A program made the translations under genes and the position numbers. Under the pieces are notes generated by a model, which was not told the DNA's origin, ran no database searches, and saw nothing but the letters and a program-made list of their open reading frames with translations. A stretch of 64,000 bases of DNA, from the IMG/VR virus record IMGVR_UViG_3300042892_000699, one strand, 5' to 3'. Positions 59,688-64,000 of this stretch are shown one piece after another (the first letter of the stretch is position 1; the number at the start of each line of letters is the position of its first letter). Source of the DNA: a virus. Its lineage: Duplodnaviria > Caudoviricetes.

Positions 59688-60393
59688 TTGCTTAGATGTT
59701 TATCAGTTTGGAACTGTTGACAGAATAAGTCCCGAGGCACCTGTTCCTGTATTCAAATATAGCTCTAAGGAAGAAAGAGCAGGCATGGCTCGTAATGTCA
59801 AACTCAATCTTGAAGCACTGGGCTGTGAAGTTACATACCTATGCGGAGAAACAAGTGTTAAGACCAGATTAATCGATTCCAAAAGTAAACAACACATTGT
59901 AAGAATTGACAATGATGTTAAATCTAATCCTATTGAATTTGCTTCGGCTATTCCTGCGATTTACGACGCAGTTGTGATCAGTGACTACAACAAAGGTACA
60001 GTTAGCTACGAATTAATCGAAGAACTCGTTGCTTTGAGCATACCAGTGTTCATAGACACTAAAAAGACTGACTTAGAACGTTTTCAAGGTGCATGGGTTA
60101 AGATTAATGAACTAGAGTATAGCAGATTAACAAGCGAGTGTGCTGGGTTAATTGTTACATTAGGTAGCAAAGGTGCTAGACTATGGGACGAAGTGCATCC
60201 AAGTAAACAAGTAGAAGTAAGTGATGTTTGTGGATGTGGTGATACTTTTTTGGCGGCACTAACCACTCAATACCTATATACAAATGATATAAAGAAAGCT
60301 ATAATGTTTGCTAACGTTGCCGCAGGATTAACTGTACAACATTTAGGAAATTACGCACCATCATACGACGAGATTAGAAATGCCGGATATTGA
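59626..60393 (+). CDS. hldA: Heptose-7-phosphate kinase, PfkB family (stand-alone HldE domain I)
   Basis: LLIGDDCLDVY, RISPEAPVPV, VVISDYNKG, DVCGCGDTF. Confidence 0.85.
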   Translation: MTESANTQLPTPFRILLIGDDCLDVYQFGTVDRISPEAPVPVFKYSSKEERAGMARNVKLNLEALGCEVTYLCGETSVKTRLIDSKSKQHIVRIDNDVKSNPIEFASAIPAIYDAVVISDYNKGTVSYELIEELVALSIPVFIDTKKTDLERFQGAWVKINELEYSRLTSECAGLIVTLGSKGARLWDEVHPSKQVEVSDVCGCGDTFLAALTTQYLYTNDIKKAIMFANVAAGLTVQHLGNYAPSYDEIRNAGY

Positions 60394-60970
60394 TATCGAC
60401 TTTGCTGATAGAACAAAAATTCTCAAAATTATCGAGCATGTACCAGCGGCTATTAAAGATAATGGAACTTTTAAAAAGCACAATACTGGCGTATATTGTC
60501 ATTCTATCCCGTACAATTCCATAACTGATACTGCTAGCTTTGACTATAAAGAAGCTGAAAACCGCGGGTATTTTAAGATTGACCTATTAAATGTTGGAAT
60601 TTACAAAGATGTACGAGATGAAGAACATCTCTTAAAATTATTAAATCAAGAACCACTATGGGATCTTTTACAACAGGACGATTTCACTAATATGTTGTTC
60701 CATGTGAACGGTCACGGATCAATTCTAAGACAGATGTTGCCAAATAGCATAAGTCAATTGGCTGCGGTATTAGCTATGATTAGACCGGCAAAACGCTATC
60801 TAATTGGACAAGACTGGAATACTGTAAACGCAGAAATTTGGCAAAAGCCTGCGGGTAATGAGTATTATTTTAAAAAAGCTCACGCTATAGCATATGCGGC
60901 AGCTATTGTAGTTCAAATGAACTTAATTTGCGAAGGTCTTACTTCCTCGCATTCCTTATTAGCTGAATAG
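60380..60970 (+). CDS. Miniature DNA polymerase III alpha (DnaE)-like protein, 196 aa
   Basis: PDIDIDF, KHNTGVY, GYFKIDLL, LAAVLAMIRP, YYFKKAHAIAYA appear in DnaE order. Confidence 0.75.
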   Translation: MPDIDIDFADRTKILKIIEHVPAAIKDNGTFKKHNTGVYCHSIPYNSITDTASFDYKEAENRGYFKIDLLNVGIYKDVRDEEHLLKLLNQEPLWDLLQQDDFTNMLFHVNGHGSILRQMLPNSISQLAAVLAMIRPAKRYLIGQDWNTVNAEIWQKPAGNEYYFKKAHAIAYAAAIVVQMNLICEGLTSSHSLLAE

Positions 60971-61307
60971 ATTTACGTTTTACTCTCTTTTCAGCAATTT
61001 CGCTTAGATTAACACTAGGACCAAATACTAACTCTATGTCTTTTACATTAAAAGTTTTTATAAAGGGTCGGAATACATGCATTTCTTTTTTAAGAAAAAT
61101 GTTTATGGGTATTTTTCTGTTACTTTCCCACCACCAGACTTCACCCATTTCTAGGAAAATCTGTCGTTCCTCGACTCCTACGATCATAGATAGATCGTAG
61201 ATGCTAGCAACATAATCATCAAAGTTAATAACAATACCTACATATTCCTTATCATTGGATTTTAAGCAGGTTATGAACGGAAAGTTTTCTTGGAACTGGT
61301 CTCTCAT
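60939..61307 (-). CDS. Hypothetical protein, 122 aa
   Basis: Fills the gap exactly, divergent from 61328; WWWESNRKIPINIFL. Confidence 0.65.
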   Translation of the reverse strand: MRDQFQENFPFITCLKSNDKEYVGIVINFDDYVASIYDLSMIVGVEERQIFLEMGEVWWWESNRKIPINIFLKKEMHVFRPFIKTFNVKDIELVFGPSVNLSEIAEKRVKRKSIQLIRNARK

Positions 61308-61317
61308 TAGTTTAAAA

Positions 61318-61323
61318 TAAATA
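61318..61323 (+). promoter_or_regulatory. Late promoter core, 4 nt before ATG
   Basis: aaTAAATActttATG in a 20-nt divergent gap. Confidence 0.65.
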
Positions 61324-61327
61324 CTTT

Positions 61328-62164
61328 ATGCAAAATTTACCAGTCTATTTATATAATTACAAACTCGATGTAACATTAGATTTGGACGCTACTGTAAGAG
61401 GAGTAAACCAGGTTATGTACCAGCGAGACCTAAAGATACAAAAAGGTATCAAAAATCAAGTTAGAATTCAGTTTAAAAATAGCGACCAAAAAAATGTTAG
61501 AATCTACAACACGCAAACATTTGTATTCAGTATGTTTGATGCTATCAATCAGAGATTAATAGTTGAAAAACAAATCGAAGTACTAGATGTAGCAACTACT
61601 TCAACCAAGGGATTAGCTATACTAACTCTTAATGAGAGTGATACATTAGATTTAGATAGAACCAGTTATCAATATACAATTAAACTTAGAGAATCTGATG
61701 GAGCCTATCTCCCAACTTATTCTAATACTTACTACGGAATGGCAGGAACCCTGCATCTAAGTTCTGAAGTATTTCCTGTTCTCAAAGACAGCACCACTAT
61801 AAACACGTTTAATATTACATACAACGACGATATACAGAAGTATGAGCATAAGAGTGGAAACATCTATGCTAACCCAGAATACAATGGTAATAGCGCATTG
61901 CACACATTAGCCATGTACATGACCGGATATAAGGGGACCGTATACATTCAAGGAACCCTGGACAACACTCCGGGATCAAGTGGAAATTATTCTAACATCG
62001 TTACCAAGACTTATACTGGATTTACCGGAATAGATTCGATTAACTTTAATGGTGTCTATACCTATATTAGAATTCTACATGTTCCTGGAACTGCACCTGC
62101 AGAATCTAATAATGATAATCCTAGTTTCTTCGGATCGTTTGACAAAGCACTTTACAGAAGCTAA
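61328..62164 (+). CDS. Late-expressed hypothetical (likely structural) protein, 278 aa
   Basis: Late promoter; beta-rich composition; lies inside the replication module. Confidence 0.55.
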   Translation: MQNLPVYLYNYKLDVTLDLDATVRGVNQVMYQRDLKIQKGIKNQVRIQFKNSDQKNVRIYNTQTFVFSMFDAINQRLIVEKQIEVLDVATTSTKGLAILTLNESDTLDLDRTSYQYTIKLRESDGAYLPTYSNTYYGMAGTLHLSSEVFPVLKDSTTINTFNITYNDDIQKYEHKSGNIYANPEYNGNSALHTLAMYMTGYKGTVYIQGTLDNTPGSSGNYSNIVTKTYTGFTGIDSINFNGVYTYIRILHVPGTAPAESNNDNPSFFGSFDKALYRS

Positions 62165-62167
62165 ACT
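62139..62167 (+). promoter_or_regulatory. Sigma70-type promoter for primase, embedded in the 3' end of the upstream gene
   Basis: TTGACA-N17-TAAACT, 6 nt before GTG 62174. Confidence 0.65.
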
Positions 62168-62173
62168 GTATAT

Positions 62174-63178
62174 GTGAACGATATACAATCTGCATTACTG
62201 ACATTACTGCCTTCTAAGAGGAAACTTACATCCGGTGGATGGACCAGTTTTAATGCTCCCTGCTGTCATCACAGAGGAGAACGTCAAGATGAAAAACTGC
62301 GTGGCGGTATTAGAGTAGAGAATGACGGGTTTGTATATCATTGTTTCAATTGTGGATTTGCCGCAGGATGGACTCCTGGTAAAATTCTAAGCAAGAATAC
62401 CAAAAGCCTATTTCAATGGATAGGCATGAATGAGATAGACATAGGTAAACTTAATCTTGCGGCACTCAAGATCAAAGATGACCAGCCCGTTCTTAAGAAA
62501 GCACTAAATTTAGTATTATTAGAAAAACCCTTGCCCGATGGCACAATGTCTGTAATGGAATGGATTAATACCGGGTACTTGCCCGATGTAGCAGAAGACA
62601 TTGGCAAGATAGTAGAATACATTTTAAGTAGGGGTATGGAGCTCGATTGGTACAATTGGATGTGGAGTCCTGCATCGGGCTATGTAGATAGAGTACTAAT
62701 ACCGTTTTATCAAGATGGAAAGGTAGTAGGATACACTGGCAGAAAAATCAATCCCGGCAACCCTAAGTACTTGACAGATAGTCAAAGTGGATATGTTTTT
62801 AATTTGGATCGTCAAGGGTGGAATCGTCAATGCGTCATAGTCGTAGAAGGACAATTTGATGCTATAGCTATAGATGGCGTAGCCATTATGACGAACGAGC
62901 CTAACGATGCCCAGATTGCAAGATTGACTGGATTAGGAAAAGAAATTATAGTAGTACCAGACAGAGATCGCCCCGGTGCCAAGATGCTCAAATCAGCAAT
63001 AACCAATGGCTGGAGTGCTAGTTTGCCTCCGTGGGGCGATGACGTCAAAGATGTAGCAGATGCTGTAAAGAAATATGGACGACTGTATGTGTTAGCCACA
63101 ATCTTGCACTACAAGGTTGCGGGCGAGATAAAAATAAATCTAATGAAGAAGAAACTAGAAGCGTTAAGAGATGAATAA
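62174..63178 (+). CDS. gp61: DNA primase
   Basis: Zn ribbon CCHH...CFNCG, LIPFY, KYL, TOPRIM VVEGQFDA and VPDRD. Confidence 0.9.
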   Translation: MNDIQSALLTLLPSKRKLTSGGWTSFNAPCCHHRGERQDEKLRGGIRVENDGFVYHCFNCGFAAGWTPGKILSKNTKSLFQWIGMNEIDIGKLNLAALKIKDDQPVLKKALNLVLLEKPLPDGTMSVMEWINTGYLPDVAEDIGKIVEYILSRGMELDWYNWMWSPASGYVDRVLIPFYQDGKVVGYTGRKINPGNPKYLTDSQSGYVFNLDRQGWNRQCVIVVEGQFDAIAIDGVAIMTNEPNDAQIARLTGLGKEIIVVPDRDRPGAKMLKSAITNGWSASLPPWGDDVKDVADAVKKYGRLYVLATILHYKVAGEIKINLMKKKLEALRDE

Positions 63179-64000
63179 AAAAGAAAAACCACAAAAACCC
63201 AATTATGACTTTGAAGTGCAAAAGCTGTACTTGGAAATGTTTCTAAGTGATGCTGAGACGTTTGTACGTTGTCAAAATATTTTTGATCCCAAAAACTTTG
63301 ATCAGCGACTGCAAGAAAGTGCAGAGTTCATTACAAAATATGTAGATGAATACAAGGTAATGCCCGAGGCCAATATCGTCAACGCATCTACAAGAAGTCA
63401 GTATAACCCAGTTGCATTGCCCAGAGAAAACTATGAATGGTTAATGAATGAGTTTGAAAACTTTAGCAGACACAAAGGACTAGAAAGGGCAATTATCGAG
63501 TCTAGTGATTTGTTAGAGTCCGGAGACTACGGTCCAGTTGAAAAACTAATTAAGGATGCTATACAGATATCTCTAAACAAAGATATGGGTACAGATTACT
63601 TTGAAGATCCCAGAGCACGTCTGACTAAACTTAAAGATGGCAATGGGCAGATCAGCACAGGATGGCCCAGCATTGATAAGAAATTATACGGCGGATTTAA
63701 CCGAGGTGAACTGAATATCTTCTGTGCTGGATCAGGTGGCGGCAAGAGTTTGTTCTTAGCCAACTTAGGAGTGAACTGGGCACTAGCTGGACTTAATGTC
63801 TTATATCTTACATTTGAATTAGCCGAAGGCCTCGTAGGTATGCGACTCGATAGTATGATGACAGGTATTACAACTCGAGAGATCTTTAAGAACATCGACG
63901 ACGTTGAACTCAAGGTCAAGATGTTGGGCAAGAAGAGTGGTAACTTACAGGTTAAGTATATGCCATCGGGCAAGAACTGTAACGATATCCGTGCCTACTT
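63171..64000 (+). CDS. gp41: Replicative DnaB-like helicase, 3'-truncated by the window edge (absent from the ORF track)
   Basis: My translation from ATG 63171: MNKKEKPQKPNYDFEVQKLYLEM...ISTGWPSIDKKLYGGFNRGELNIFCAGSGGGKSLFL...YLTFELAE. Confidence 0.9.
   Translation, partial: MNKKEKPQKPNYDFEVQKLYLEMFLSDAETFVRCQNIFDPKNFDQRLQESAEFITKYVDEYKVMPEANIVNASTRSQYNPVALPRENYEWLMNEFENFSRHKGLERAIIESSDLLESGDYGPVEKLIKDAIQISLNKDMGTDYFEDPRARLTKLKDGNGQISTGWPSIDKKLYGGFNRGELNIFCAGSGGGKSLFLANLGVNWALAGLNVLYLTFELAEGLVGMRLDSMMTGITTREIFKNIDDVELKVKMLGKKSGNLQVKYMPSGKNCNDIRAY

Noticed and set aside
59283-60393. Frameshifted or broken bifunctional hldE
   Set aside because: Domain order is the reverse of fused HldE and each half has its own start and complete motifs; stand-alone HldA/HldC are known
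44070-63178. Inteins or introns in terminase, UvsX, UvsW or primase
   Set aside because: Lengths are ordinary, motifs contiguous, no C...HN(C/S/T) splice signatures noticed
1-64000. Stop-codon reassignment (TAG is rare as a stop)
   Set aside because: All conserved genes are full length in the standard code and the NUDIX gene ends at TAG right after its expected C-terminus; rarity fits AT-rich bias
1-64000. Assignment to a named phage genus or host (gene order recalls RaK2/GAP32-like jumbo myoviruses from memory)
   Set aside because: Cannot be verified without a search; needs terminase/sheath phylogeny

Overview
64 kb of a large, AT-rich, strictly gene-dense T4-like myovirus (probably a jumbo phage); no host genes, tRNAs, CRISPR array or mobile element were seen. 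1-30.6 kb is an unusually large adhesin locus: six Gly/Thr/Ser-rich fibre genes (two paralogues end in peptidase-S74 chaperones), a fibrinogen-C domain protein and four tandem LamG/ConA-lectin paralogues. 31-48 kb holds a GT2-like glycosyltransferase, NUDIX hydrolase, neck proteins (gp15/14/13-like), dNMP kinase, HNH-like protein, tail sheath and tube, gp4-like head completion protein, putative small terminase, putative internal head proteins and large terminase. 48-64 kb is the replication/recombination module (gp32, UvsX, UvsY, UvsW, putative gp62, primase, helicase cut by the window edge), interrupted by an array of small paralogous genes ending in F-x-L-R-W, an ADP-heptose biosynthesis cassette (cupin, HldD, HldC, HldA) and a 196-aa miniature DnaE-like protein. 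Regulatory signals are T4-like (TAAATA late promoters, cUUCGg terminators) plus sigma70-type promoters; many sit only 4-8 nt before the start codon, implying extensive leaderless translation. All calls come from motif recognition by eye; no database search was run.
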